A stretch of DNA of 64,000 nt from the human T2T-CHM13v2.0 reference genome, Homo sapiens: the NCBI RefSeq assembly GCF_009914755.1, contig NC_060948.1; one strand, written 5' to 3'. Shown here one piece after another: positions 1 through 14,149 of the stretch. A program made the position numbers and the translations under genes. The notes beneath the pieces are model-generated. The model was not told the DNA's origin. It did not search any database and saw only the letters and a list, made by a program, of their open reading frames with translations. The number at the start of each line of letters is the position of its first letter. The stretch's first letter is position 1.

Positions 1-283
1 ATGCCCTTGAATTAAATGGACCGGACTCGAACAGAGTGGAATGGAAAGTGTTGAGATAGAATGGAATGGACTCCTTTGGAATGGTGTAGTATGCAATGCA
101 ATCGACTGGCAGGGAATCAAAAGGAATGTAATGGAATGGATTGGACTGGAATGCAATGGACTCGAATAGATTGGAAACGGAATGCAAAGGAATAGAATGG
201 AATAGTATGGAATGGAATGGAAAGGAATGGAGTGGAATAGACTAGAGTGGAATGGAATGGACTGGAAAGCAATGGACTGGAAT

Positions 284-298
284 GGAACTTTCTTGAAT
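284..298. promoter_or_regulatory. Perfect three-pentamer heat-shock element motif, HSE-1 (unit 1 copy)
   Basis: gGAAc tTTCt tGAAt matches nGAAnnTTCnnGAAn; intact in 14 of 18 units. Motif match only; binding is not shown. Confidence 0.6.
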
Positions 299-433
299 GG
301 ACTGGAATCAAACGGAATGGAATGCAATGCAATCAAATGGCATGGAATAACATAGAATGAAAGAGAATCAAATGGAATTGAATCGAATGGAATCGAATGG
401 ATTGGAAAGGAATAGAATGGAATGGAATGGAAT

Positions 434-440
434 TGACTCA
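434..440. promoter_or_regulatory. AP-1 consensus TGACTCA (unit 1 copy)
   Basis: Exact heptamer; deleted in units 2 and 9, changed to TGACACA in unit 6. Motif match only. Confidence 0.3.
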
Positions 441-2015
441 AATGGAATGGACTAGAATGGAATGGATTCGAATGGAAGGCAAAGGAATGGAATCTATTGG
501 AATGGACTGTAATGGAATGGAATGGAAGGGATTGGAATGGACTCGAATGGAATGGACTGCAATAGAAAGGACTCGAATGGAATGAAAAAGAATTGAATGG
601 AATAGAACAGAATGGAATCAAATCGAATGAAATGGAATGGAATAGAAAGGAATGGAATGAAATGGAATGGAAAGGATTCGAATGGAATGCAATCGAATGG
701 AATGGAATCGAACGGAATGGAATAAAATGGAAGAAAACTGGCAAGAAATGGAATCGAAAGGAATGGAGTGTTATGGAACGGACTCAAAATGAATTGAATG
801 TAATAGAATGGAGTGGAGTGGACTCGAATATAATGGACTGGAATGGAATGAAATCACATGGAATGGGAACGAATGGAATGGAATGGAAAGGAATGGAATC
901 GAATGGAAAGGAATCGAATGGAAGGGAATGAAATTGAATCAACAGGAATGGAAGGGAATAGAATAGACGGTAATGGAATGGACTCGAATAGAATGGACAC
1001 GAATGCTCAAATTGAATGGACTCGAATGGAATGGAAACGAAAGGAATGTCATCGAATGGAATTGAATCGATTGGAATGAAATGGCATAGAATGGAGTGGA
1101 ATCAAATGGAATTGAATCGAAAGGAAAGGAAGCGAAGGGACTGAAATTAAATGGAATGGAATTGAATGGAAAGTAATGCAATGGAATAGAATGGAACGAA
1201 ATTTCACGGAATGGAATCAAACTGAATGGAATCAAATCAATGGAATCTAATCAAATGGAATGGAAAGGAATTGAATGGAATAGATTGGATTGGATGGGAT
1301 TGGAATGAAATGTACTGGAAAGGACTCGAATTTCATGAAACGGAATGGAATGAATTGGAACGGAGTGGACTCGAATGGAATGGAATGTCATGGAATGGCA
1401 TCAAATGGAATGGCATCAAATGGAATGGAATCGAATGCAATGGAATGCTATGGAATGGAATGGAATGCATTGGAATGGAATGTCCTCTAATGGAATGGAT
1501 TCGAGTGGAATGGAATCGAATATAATGGAGTCGAATGAAATGGAATTGAAAGGAATGGGATCGAATACAATGGAATATACTGGAATGTAATGTAATGAAC
1601 TCGAATGTAATTGACTGGAATGGAATGTACATGAATGGAATGTAATCGAATGGAAAGTAATCCAATGGAATAGAATCTAATGCAATAAAATCGACTCAGA
1701 TAGAGTAGAATGTAATGGAATGGAGTGCAGTGCAATGCAATTGAATGGAATGGAATGCAATGGAATGGAATGGAATGGAATGGAATGGAATGGAATGGAA
1801 TGGGATGGAATGGTATGGAATGGATAGTAATGGACTGGAGTGAAATGGACTGGAAAGGAATGGACTCAAATTGAAAGGGCTCGAAAGGAATGGAGTCAAA
1901 TGGAATGGTCTGGAATGGAATGAACACGAATGTAATGCAATCCAATAGAATGGAATCGAATGGCATGGAATATAAAGAAATGGAATCGAAGAGAATGGAA
2001 ACAAATGGAATGGAA

Positions 2016-2169
2016 TTGAATGGAATGGGAACGAATGGAGTGAAATTGTATGCAGTAGAAGAGAATAGAATGGAATGCAAGCGAAAGGAAAGGAATGGAT
2101 TGGAATGGAATGGAATTCATTGGAATGGAAGGGAATGTAGTGTAATGGACAGGCCTGGAATAAAGTGGA
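2016..2169 (+). other. DYZ1 diagnostic segment: sexing-PCR amplicon containing EcoRI (2113-2118) and StuI/HaeIII (2151-2156) sites
   Basis: TTGAATGGAATGGGAACGAATGG at 2016-2038 and GGACAGGCCTGGAATAAAGTGGA at 2147-2169 match the Y1.2 and Y1.1 DYZ1 primers as I recall them. GAATTC and AGGCCT are read directly. Confidence 0.8.
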
Positions 2170-2525
2170 ATGCTACGGTCTCGAATGGAATAAAAATGTA
2201 TGGAATGGAATGCAATGAAACGGAATCGAATGTCATAGAATGTAATGGAATGCAACAAAATGGAATCCAAAATCATTGACTGGAAAGGCTGGGTGTCGAA
2301 AGAATTGACTCCAATGGAATGGAATCGAATGGAATGGAAGTGAATAGAATCGAACTAAATCGAATGGAATGGAATTGATAGGAACGGAATGGAAAGGAAT
2401 GCAATGATTTGGCATGGAATGGAATCGAATGGCATCGAATGGAATGGAATGGAATGCAATGGAATGGAATGTATTAGAATGTAATGAACTTTAATGGAAT
2501 GTACTCGAATGGATTCGACTGGAAT

Positions 2526-2540
2526 GGAATGTTCTGGAAG
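2526..2540. promoter_or_regulatory. Perfect heat-shock element motif, HSE-2 (unit 1 copy)
   Basis: gGAAt gTTCt gGAAg; intact in all 18 units (unit 4 has cGAAg, still consensus). Confidence 0.6.
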
Positions 2541-2805
2541 TGAATGGACTCCAATGGAATGGATTCCAAAGGAATGGAATCGTACGGAATGGAATCTAAT
2601 GGAATGGAATTAAATGGAAATGAATCAAATTGAATAGCACGGAATTGAATTGAATGGAATGGAATGCAATGGAATCTAATGAAACGGAAAGGAAAGGAAT
2701 GGAATGGAATGGAATGGACTGGAATGGAAAGGAATCGAAACGAATGGAATGGAATCGAACTGAAGAGACTGGAATGGAATGCACTGGAATGGAAGGGAGT
2801 GTAAT

Positions 2806-2820
2806 GGAAGGTTCTCGAAA
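2806..2820. promoter_or_regulatory. Perfect heat-shock element motif, HSE-3 (unit 1 copy)
   Basis: gGAAg gTTCt cGAAa; intact in 17 of 18 units (unit 5 has GATCT at ~16974). Confidence 0.6.
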
Positions 2821-3538
2821 AAAATGCAATCGAATGGAATGGAATTGAATGGAACGGAATAGAGTCGAATGGAATTGAATGGAATGGAATGGACTAGAGT
2901 GAAATGGAATCGAACCACAAGGAATGGACAGGAATAGAATGGTCTCGAATTGAATGGAATCGTATGGAATGGCATCAAACGGAATGGAATGGACAGCCAC
3001 GGAATGGAATGCACTCGAATGCAATGGAGTCGAAACTAATGGACTGGAATAGAATGGACTCGACTGGTACGGACTCCAATGGAATGGAATCGAATGGAAG
3101 GGAATCGAACGGAATGGACTCGAAGGGAAAAGACTGCAATGGAAAGGTCTCGAATGGAATGGAAATTAATGGAATGGAATGGAATCGAATGAAATGGAGT
3201 CAAAAGGAATGGAATCGAATGGCAAGAAATCGAATGTAATGGAATCGCAAGGAATTGATGTGAACGGAATGTAATGGAATGGAATCCAAAGGAATGGAAT
3301 AGAATGGAATGGAATCGAATGGAAAGGACTCGAATGGAAATCACTCGAATAGAATGCAATTTAATAAAATAGGATCAAATGTAATGGAATGGAATGGAAA
3401 GCAATCGAAACGAAAGGAATGGAGACAGATGGAATGGAATAGAACAGAGAGCAATGGTATAGAATGGAATGGAATCATCTGGAATGGAATTGAATGGAAT
3501 GGAATAATATGAAATGGAATGGAATGGAATGGAATGGA

Positions 3539-6500
3539 ATGCCCTTGAATTAAATGGACTGGAATGGAATGGACTCGAACAGAGTGGAATGGAAAGTGTT
3601 GAGATAGAATGGAATGGACTCCTTTGGAATGGTGTAGTATGCAATACAATCGACTGGCAGGGAATCAAAAGGAATGTAATCGAATGGATTGGACTGGAAT
3701 GCAATGGACTCGAATAGATTGCAAACGGAATGCAAAGGAATGGAATGGAATAGTATGGAATGGAATGGAAAGGAATGGAGTGGAATAGACTAGAGTGGAA
3801 TGGAATGGACTGGAAAGCAATGGACTGGAATGGAACTTTCTTGAATGGACTGGAATCAAACGGAATGGAATGCAATGCAATCAAATGGCATGGAATAAAA
3901 TAGAATGAAAGAGAATCAAATGGAATTGAATCGAATGGAATCGAATGGATTGGAAAGAATAGAATGGAATGGAATGGAATGGACTAGAATGGAATGGATT
4001 CGAATGGAAGGCAAAGGAATGGAATCTATTGGAATGGACTGTAATGGAATGGAATGGAAGGGATTGGAATGGACTCGAATGGAATTGACTGCAATAGAAA
4101 GGATTCGAATGGAATGAAAAAGAATTGAATGGAATAGAACAGAATGGAATCAAATCGAATGAAATGGAATGGAATAGAAAGGAATGGAATGAAATGGAAT
4201 GGAAAGGATTCGAATGGAATGCAATCGAATGGAATGGAATCGAACGGAATGGAATAAAATGGAAGAAAACTGGCAAGAAATGGAATCGAAATGAATGGAG
4301 TGTTATGGAACGGACTCAAAAGGAATTGAATGTAATAGAATGGAGTGGAGTGGACTCGAATATAATGGACTGGAATGGAATGAAATCACATGGAATGGGA
4401 ACGAATGGAATGGAATGGAAAGGAATGGAATCGAATGGAAAGGAATCGAATGGAAGGGAATGAAATTGAATCAACAGGAATGGAAGGGAATAGAATAGAC
4501 GGTAATGGAATGGACTCGAATAGAATGGACACGAATGCTCAAATTGAATGGACTCGAATGGAATGGAAAGGAAAGGAATGTCATCGAATGGAATTGAATC
4601 GATTGGAATGAAATCGCATAGAATGGAGTGGAATCAAATGGAATTGAATCGAAAGGAAAGGAAGCGAATGGACTGAAATGAAATGGAATGGAATTGAATG
4701 GAAAGTAATGCAATGGAATAGAATGGAACGAAATTTCACGGAATGGAATCAAACTGAATGGAATCAAATCAATGGAATCTAATCAAATGGAATGGAAAGG
4801 AACTGAATGGAGTAGATTGGATTGGATGGGATTGGAATGAAATGTACTGGAAAGGACTCGAATTTCATGAAACGGAATGGAATGAATTGGAACGGAATGG
4901 ACTCGAATGGAATGGAATGTCATCGAATGGCATCAAATGGAATGACATCAAATGGAATGGAATCGAATGCAATGGAATGCTATGGAATGGAATGGAATGC
5001 ATTGGAATGGAATGTCCTCTAATGGAATGGATTCGAGTGGAATGGAATCGAATATAATGGAGTCGAATGAAATGGAATTGAAAAGAATGGGATCGAATAC
5101 AATGGAATATACTGGAATGTAATGTAATGAACTCGAATGTAATTGACTGGAATGGAATGTACATGAATGGAATGTAATCGAATGAAAAGTAATCCAATGG
5201 AATAGAATGTAATGCAATAAAATCGACTCAGATAGAGTAGAATGTAATGGAATGGAGTTCAGTGCAATGGAATGGAATGGAATGGAATGCAATGGAATGG
5301 AATGGAATGGAATGGAATGGGATGGAATGGTATGGAATGGATAGTAATGGACTGGAGTGAAATGGACTGGAATGGAATGGACTCAAATTGAAAGGGCTCG
5401 AAAGGAATGGAGACAAATGGAATGGTCTGGAATGGAATGAACACGAATGTAATGCAATCCAACAGAATGGAGTCGAATGGCATGGAATATAAAGAAATGG
5501 AATCGAAGAGAATGGAAACAAATGGAATGGAATTGAATGGAATGGAATTGAATGGAATGGGAACGAATGGAGTGAAATTGTATGCAGTAGAAGAGAATAG
5601 AATGGAATGCAAGCGAAAGGAAAGGAATGGATTGGAATGGAATGGAATTCATTGGAATGGAAGGGAATGTAGTGTAATGGACAGGCCTGGAATAAAGTGG
5701 AATGCTACGGTCTCGAATGTTATAAAAATGTATGGAATGGAATGCAATGAAACGGAATCGAATGTCATAGAATGTAATGGAATGCAAAAAAATGGAATCC
5801 AAAATCATTGACTGGAAAGGCTGGGTGTCGAAAGGAATTGACTCCAATGGAATGGAATCGAATGGAATGGAAGTGAATAGAATCGAACTAAATCGAATGG
5901 AATGGAATTGATAGGAACGGAATGGAAAGGAATGCAATGATTTGGCATGGAATGCAATCGAATGGCATCGAATGGAATGGAATGGAATGCAATGGAATGG
6001 AATGTATTAGAATGTAATGAACTTTAATGGAATGTACTCGAATGGATTCGACTGGAATGGAATGTTCTGGAAGTGAATGGACTCCAATGGAATGGATTCA
6101 AAAGGAATGGAATCGTACGGAATGGAATCTAATGGAATGGAATTAAATGGAAATGAATCAAATTGAATAGCACGGAATTGAATTGAATGGAATGGAATGC
6201 AATGGAATCTAATGAAACGGAAAGGAAAGGAATGGAATGGAATGGAATGGGCTGGAATGGAAAGGAATCGAAACGAATGGAATGGAATCGAAGTGAAGAG
6301 ACTGGAATGGAATGCACTGGAATGGAAGGGAGTGTAATGGAAGGTTCTCGAAAAAAATGGAATCGAATGGAATGGAATTGAATGGAACGGAATAGAGTCG
6401 AATGGAATTGAATGGAATGGAATGGACTAGAGTGAAATGGAATCGAACCACAAGGAATGGACAGGAATAGAATGGTCTCGAATTGAATGGAATCGTATGG

Positions 6501-7071
6501 AATGGCATCAAACGGAATGGAATGGACAGCCACGGAATGGAATGCACTCGAATGCAATGGAGTCGAAACTAATGGACTGGAATAGAATGGACTCGACTGG
6601 TACGGACTCCAATGGAATGGAATCGAATGGAAGGGAATCGAACGGAATGGACTCGAAGGGAAAAGACTGCAATGGAAAGGTCTCCAATGGAATGGAAATT
6701 AATGGAATGGAATGGAATCGAATGAAATGGAGTCAAAAGGAATGGAATCGAATGGCAAGAAATCGAATGTAATGGAATCGCAAGGAATGGATGTGAACGG
6801 AACGGAATGGAATGGAATCCAAAGGAATGGAATAGAATGGAATGGAATCGAATGGAAAGGACTCGAATGGAAATCACTCGAATAGAATGCAATTTAATAA
6901 AATAGGATCAAATGTAATGGAATGGAATGGAAAGGAATCGAAACGAAAGGAATGGAGACAGATGGAATGGAATGGAACAGAGAGCAATGGTATAGAATGG
7001 AATGGAATCATCTGGAATGGAATTGAATGGAATGGAATAATATGAAATGGAATGGAATGGAATGGAATGGA
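3539..7071 (+). repeat. DYZ1 unit 2 (3533 bp)
   Basis: Anchor to anchor; GCAATACAAT (3641), GCAAACGG (3721) and a 15+1-bp deletion near 3955-3980, all shared with unit 9. Confidence 0.92.
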
Positions 7072-10000
7072 ATGCCCTTGAATTAAATGGACCGGACTCG
7101 AACAGAGTGGAATGGAAAGTGTTGAGATAGAATGGAATGGACTCCTTTGGAATGGTGTAGTATGCAATGCAATCGACTGGCAGGGAATCAAAAGGAATGT
7201 AATGGAATGGATTGGACTGGAATGCAATGGACTCGAATAGATTGGAAACGGAATGCAAAGGAATAGAATGGAATAGTATGGAATGGAATGGAAAGGAATG
7301 GAGTGGAATAGACTAGAGTGGAATGGAATGGACTGGAAAGCAATGGACTGGAATGGAACTTTCTTGAATGGACTGGAATCAAACGGAATGGAATGCAATG
7401 CAATCAAATGGCATGGAATAAAATAGAATGAAAGAGAATCAAATGGAATTGAATCGAATGGAATCGAATGGATTGGAAAGGAATAGAATGGAATGGAATG
7501 GAATTGACTCAAATGGAATGGACTAGAATGGAATGGATTCGAATGGAAGGCAAAGGAATGGAATCTATTGGAATGGACTGTAATGGAATGGAATGGAAGG
7601 GATTGGAATGGACTCGAATGGAATGGACTGCAATAGAAAGGACTCGAATGGAATGAAAAAGAATTGAATGGAATAGAACAGAATGGAATCAAATCGAATG
7701 AAATGGAATGGAATAGAAAGGAATGGAATGAAATGGAATGGAAAGGATTCGAATGGAATGCAATCGAATGGAATGGAATCGAACGGAATGGAATAAAATG
7801 GAAGAAAACTGGCAAGAAATGGAATCGAAAGGAATGGAGTGTTATGGAACGGACTCAAAAGGAATTGAATGTAATAGAATGGAGTGGAGTGGACTCGAAT
7901 ATAATGGACTGGAATGGAATGAAATCACATGGAATGGGAACGAATGGAATGGAATGGAAAGGAATGGAATCGAATGGAAAGGAATCGAATGGAAGGGAAT
8001 GAAATTGAATCAACAGGAATGGAAGGGAATAGAATAGACGGTAATGGAATGGACTCGAATAGAATGGACACGAATGCTCAAATTGAATGGACTCGAATGG
8101 AATGGAAACGAAAGGAATGTCATCGAATGGAATTGAATAGATTGGAATGAAATGGCATAGAATGGAGTGGAATCAAATGGAATTGAATCGAAAGGAAAGG
8201 AAGCGAATGGACTGAAATGAAATGGAATGGAATTGAATGGAAAGTAATGCAATGGAATAGAATGGAACGAAATTTCACGGAATGGAATCAAACTGAATGG
8301 AATCAAATCAATGGAATCTAATCAAATGGAATGGAAAGGAATTGAATGGAATAGATTGGATTGGATGGGATTGGAATGAAATGTACTGGAAAGGACTCGA
8401 ATTTCATGAAACGGAATGGAATGAATTGGAACGGAGTGGACTCGAATGGAATGGAATGTCATGGAATGGCATCAAATGGAATGGCATCAAATGGAATGGA
8501 ATCGAATGCAATGGAATGCTATGGAATGGAATGGAATGCATTGGAATGGAATGTCCTCTAATGGAATGGAATCGAGTGGAATGGAATCGAATATAATGGA
8601 GTCGAATGAAATGGAATTGAAAGGAATGGGATCGAATACAATGGAATATACTGGAATGTAATGTAATGAACTCGAATGTAATTGACTGGAATGGAATGTA
8701 CATGAATGGAATGTAATCGAATGGAAAGTAATCCAATGGAATAGAATCTAATGCAATAAAATCGACTCAGATAGAGTAGAATGTAATGGAATGGAGTGCA
8801 GTGCAATGCAATTGAATGGAATGGAATGCAATGGAATGCAATGGAATGGAATGGAATGGAATGGAATGGAATGGAATGGGATGGAATGGTATGGAATGGA
8901 TAGTAATGGACTGGAGTGAAATGGACTGGAAAGGAATGGACTCAAATTGAAAGGGCTCGAAAGGAATGGAGTCAAATGGAATGGTCTGGAATGGAATGAA
9001 CACGAATGTAATGCAATCCAATAGAATGGAATCGAATGGCATGGAATATAAAGAAATGGAATCGAAGAGAATGGAAACAAATGGAATGGAATTGAATGGA
9101 ATGGGAACGAATGGAGTGAAATTGTATGCAGTAGAAGAGAATAGAATGGAATGCAAGCGAAAGGAAAGGAATGGATTGGAATGGAATGGAATTCATTGGA
9201 ATGGAAGGGAATGTAGTGTAATGGACAGGCCTGGAATAAAGTGGAATGCTACGGTCTCGAATGGTATAAAAATGTATGGAATGGAATGCAATGAAACGGA
9301 ATCGAATGTCATAGAATGTAATGGAATGCAAAAAAATGGAATCCAAAATCATTGACTGGAAAGGCTGGGTGTCGAAAGGAATTGACTCCAATGGAATGGA
9401 ATCGAATGGAATGGAAGTGAATAGAATCGAACTAAATCGAATGGAATGGAATTGATAGGAACGGAATGGAAAGGAATGCAATGATTTGGCATGGAATGCA
9501 ATCGAATGGCATCGAATGGAATGGAATGGAATGCAATGGAATGGAATATATTAGAATGTAATGAACTTTAATGGAATGTACTCGAATGGATTCGACTGGA
9601 ATGGAATGTTCTGGAAGTGAATGGACTCCAATGGAATGGATTCCAAAGGAATGGAATCGTACGGAATGGAATCTAATGGAATGGAATTAAATGGAAATGA
9701 ATCAAATTGAATAGCACGGAATTGAATTGAATGGAATGGAATGCAATGGAATCTAATGAAACGGAAAGGAAAGGAATGGAATGGAATGGAATGGGCTGGA
9801 ATGGAAAGGAATCGAAACGAATGGAATGGAATCGAACTGAAGAGACTGGAATGGAATGCACTGGAATGGAAGGGAGTGTAATGGAAGGTTCTCGAAAAAA
9901 ATGCAATCGAATGGAATGGAATTGAATGGAACGGAATAGAGTCGAATGGAATTGAATGGAATGGAATGGACTAGAGTGAAATGGAATCGAACCACAAGGA

Positions 10001-10615
10001 ATGGACAGGAATAGAATGGTCTCGAATTGAATGGAATCGTATGGAATGGCATCAAACGGAATGGAATGGACAGCCACGGAATGGAATGCACTCGAATGCA
10101 ATGGAGTCGAAACTAATGGACTGGAATAGAATGGACTCGACTGGTACGGACTCCAATGGAATGGAATCGAATGGAAGGGAATCGAACGGAATGGACTCGA
10201 AGGGAAAAGACTGCAATGGAAAGGTCTCCAATGGAATGGAAATTAATGGAATGGAATGGAATCGAATGAAATGGAGTCAAAAGGAATGGAATCGAATGGC
10301 AAGAAATCGAATGTAATGGAATCGCAAGGAATGGATGTGAACGGAACGGAATGGAATGGAATCCAAAGGAATGGAATAGAATGGAATGGAATCGAATGGA
10401 AAGGACTCGAATGGAAATCACTCGAATAGAATGCAATTTAATAAAATAGGATCAAATGTAATGGAATGGAATGGAAAGGAATCGAAACGAAAGGAATGGA
10501 GACAGATGGAATGGAATGGAACAGAGAGCAATGGTATAGAATGGAATGGAATCATCTGGAATGGAATTGAATGGAATGGAATAATATGAAATGGAATGGA
10601 ATGGAATGGAATGGA
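7072..10615 (+). repeat. DYZ1 unit 3 (3544 bp), type A
   Basis: Anchor to anchor; short CCGG start; GCAATGCAATTGAAT at ~8803 as in units 1 and 8. Confidence 0.92.
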
Positions 10616-13600
10616 ATGCCCTTGAATTAAATGGACCGAACTCGAACAGAGTGGAATGGAAAGTGTTGAGATAGAATGGAATGGACTCCTTTGGAATGGT
10701 GTAGTATGCAATGCAATCGACTGGCAGGGAATCAAAAGGAATGTAATGGAATGGATTGGACTGGAATGCAATGGACTCGAATAGATTGGAAACGGAATGC
10801 AAAGGAATAGAATGGAATAGTATGGAATGGAATGGAAAGGAATGGAGTGGAATAGACTAGAGTGGAATGGAATGGACTGGAAAGCAATGGACTGGAATGG
10901 AACTTTCTTGAATGGACTGGAATCAAACGGAATGGAATGCAATGCAATCAAATGGCATGGAATAAAATAGAATGAAAGAGAATCAAATGGAATTGAATCG
11001 AATGGAATCGAATGGATTGGAAAGGAATAGAATGGAATGGAATGGAATTGACTCAAATGGAATGGACTAGAATGGAATGGATTCGAATGGAAGGCAAAGG
11101 AATGGAATCTATTGGAATGGACTGTAATGGAATGGAATGGAAGGGATTGGAATGGACTCGAATGGAATGGACTGCAATAGAAAGGACTCGAATGGAATGA
11201 AAAAGAATTGAATGGAATAGAACAGAATGGAATCAAATCGAATGAAATGGAATGGAATAGAAAGGAATGGAATGAAATGGAATGGAAAGGATTCGAATGG
11301 AATGCAATCGAATGGAATGGAATCGAACGGAATGGAATAAAATGGAAGAAAACTGGCAAGAAATGGAATCGAAAGGAATGGAGTGTTATGGAACGGACTC
11401 AAAAGGAATTGAATGTAATAGAATGGAGTGGAGTGGACTCGAATATAATGGACTGGAATGGAATGAAATCACATGGAATGGGAACGAATGGAATGGAATG
11501 GAAAGGAATGGAATCGAATGGAAAGGAATCGAATGGAAGGGAATGAAATTGAATCAACAGGAATGGAAGGGAGTAGAATAGACGGTAATGGAATGGACTC
11601 GAATAGAATGGACACGAATGCTCAAATTGAATGGACTCGAATGGAATGGAAACGAAAGGAATGTCATCGAATGGAATTGAATCGATTGGAATGAAATCAC
11701 ATAGAATGGAGTGGAATCAAATAGAATTGAATCGAAAGGAAAGGAAGCGAATGGACTGAAATGAAATGGAATGGAATTGAATGGAAATTAATGCAATGGA
11801 ATAGAATGGAACGAAATTTCACGGAATGGAATCAAACTGAATGGAATCAAATCAATGGAATATAATCAAATGGAATGGAAAGGAATTGAATGGAGTAGAT
11901 TGGATTGGATGGGATTGGAATGAAATGTACTGGAAAGGACTCGAATTTCATGAAACGGAATGGAATGAATTGGAACGGAATGGACTCGAATGGAATGGAA
12001 TGTCACGGAATGGCATCAAATGGAATGGCATCAAATGGAATGGAATAGAATGCAATGGAATGCTATGGATTGGAATGGAATGCATTGGAATGGAATGTCC
12101 TCTAATGGAATGGATTCGAGTGGAATGGAATCGAATATAATGGAGTCGAATGAAATGGAATTGAAAGGAATGGGATTGAATACCATGTAATATACTGGAA
12201 TGTAATGTAATGAACTCGAATGTAATTGACTGGAATGGAATGTACATGAATGGAATGTAATCGAATGGAAAGTAATCCAATGGAATAGAATCTAATGCAA
12301 TAAAATCGACTCAAATAGAATAGAATGTAATGGAATGGAGTGCAGTGCAATGGAATGGAATGGAATGGAATGCAATGGAATGGAATGGAATGGAATGGAA
12401 TGGAATGGAATGGAATGGGATGGAATGGTATGGAATGGATAGTAATGGACTGGAGTGAAATGGACTGGAAAAGAATGGACTCAAATTGAAAGGGCTCGAA
12501 AGGAATGGAGTCAAATGGAATGGTCTGGAATGGAATGAATACGAATGTAATGCAATCCAATAGAATGGAATCGAATGGTATGGAATATAAAGAATTGGAA
12601 TCGAAGAGAATGGAAACAAATGGAATGGAATTGAATGGAATGGAATTGAATGGAATGGGAACGAATGGAGTGAAATTGTATGCAGTAGAAGAGAATAGAA
12701 TGGAATGCAAGCGAAAGGAAAGGAATGGATTGGAATGGAATGGAATTCATTGGAATGGAAGGGAATGTAGTGTAATGGACAGGCCTGGAATAAAGTGGAA
12801 TGCTACGGTCTCGAATGGAATAAAAATATATGGAATAGAATGCAATGAAACGGAATCGAATGTCATAGAATGTAATGGAATGCAAAAAAATGGACTCCAA
12901 AATCATTGACTGGAAAGGCTGGGTGTCGAAAGGAATTGCCTCCAATGGAATGGAATCGAATGGAATGGAAGTGAATAGAATGGAACTAAATCGAATGGAA
13001 TGGAATTGATAGGAACGGAATGGAAAGGAATGCAATGATTTGGCATGGAATGGAATCGAATGGCATCGAATGGAATGGAATGGAATGCAATGGAATGGAA
13101 TGTATTAGAATGTAATGAACTTTAATGGAATGTACTCGAATGGATTCGACTGGAATGGAATGTTCTCGAAGTGAATGGACTCCAATGGAATGGATTCGAA
13201 AGGAATGGAATCTAATGGAATGGAATTAAATGGAAATGAATCAAATTGAATAGAACGGAATGGAATGGAATGGAATCGAATGCAATGGAATCTAATGAAA
13301 CGGAAAGGAAAGGAATGGAATGGAATGGAATGGGCTGGAATTGAATGGAATCGAAACGAATGGAATGGAGTCGAACTGAAGAGACTGAAATGGAATGCAC
13401 TGGAATGGAAGGGAGTGTAATGGAAGGTTCTCGAAAAAAATGGAATCGAATGGAATGGAATTGAATGGAACGGAATAGAGTCGAATGGAATTGAATGGAA
13501 TGGAATGGACTAGAGTGAAATGGAATCGAACCACAAGGAATGGACAGGAATAGAATGGTCTCGAATTGAATGGAATCGTATGGAATGGCATCAAACGGAA

Positions 13601-14149
13601 TGGAATGGACAGCCACGGAATGGAATGCACTCGAATGCAATGGAGTCGACACTAATGGACTGGAATAGAATGGACTCGACTGGTACGGACTCCAATGGAA
13701 TGGAATCGAATGGAAGGGAATGGAACGGAATGGACTCGAAGGGAAAAGACTGCAATGGAAAGGTCTCGAATGGAATGGAAATTAATGGAATGGAATGGAA
13801 TCGAATGAAATGGAGTCAAAAGGAATGGAATCGAATGGCAAGAAATCGAATGTAATGGAATCGCAAGGAATTGATGTGAACGGAACGGAATGGAATGGAA
13901 TCCAAAGGAATGGAATAGAATGGAATGGAATCGAATGGAAAGGACTCGAATGGAAATCACTCGAATAGAATGCAATTTAATAAAATAGGATCAAATGTAA
14001 TGGAATGGAATGGAAAGGAATCGAAACGAAAGGAATGGAGACAGATGGAATGGAATGGAACAGAGAGCAATGGTATAGAATGGAATGGAATCATCTGGAA
14101 TGGAATTGAATGGAATGGAATAATATGAAATGGAATGGAATGGAATGGA
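10616..14149 (+). repeat. DYZ1 unit 4 (3534 bp), apparently chimeric
   Basis: First ~0.9 kb matches unit 3; the rest shares variants with units 5 and 7. Confidence 0.9.

Larger units (their letters stand above)
1..3538 (+). repeat. DYZ1 unit 1 (3538 bp), left-domain type A
   Basis: Anchor to anchor; short start GGACCGGACTCG; private 1-bp deletion at ~2301 (GTCGAAAGAATTG). Confidence 0.92.

Noticed and set aside
1197-1211. Additional HSE candidates cGAAa tTTCa cGGAa and CGAATTTCATGAAA (~1327)
   Set aside because: Only two correct boxes or wrong spacing, so they were not counted as perfect HSEs.
1243-1253. DUX4-like GAATCTAATCA
   Set aside because: Mismatches the TAAT start of the consensus and is not conserved across units (AATCAAATCA in most).
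2282-2300. GC-richer island GGAAAGGCTGGGTGTCGAA as a G-quadruplex or promoter
   Set aside because: Only one GGG tract, and it stays in pentamer phase, so it is most simply a run of diverged pentamers.
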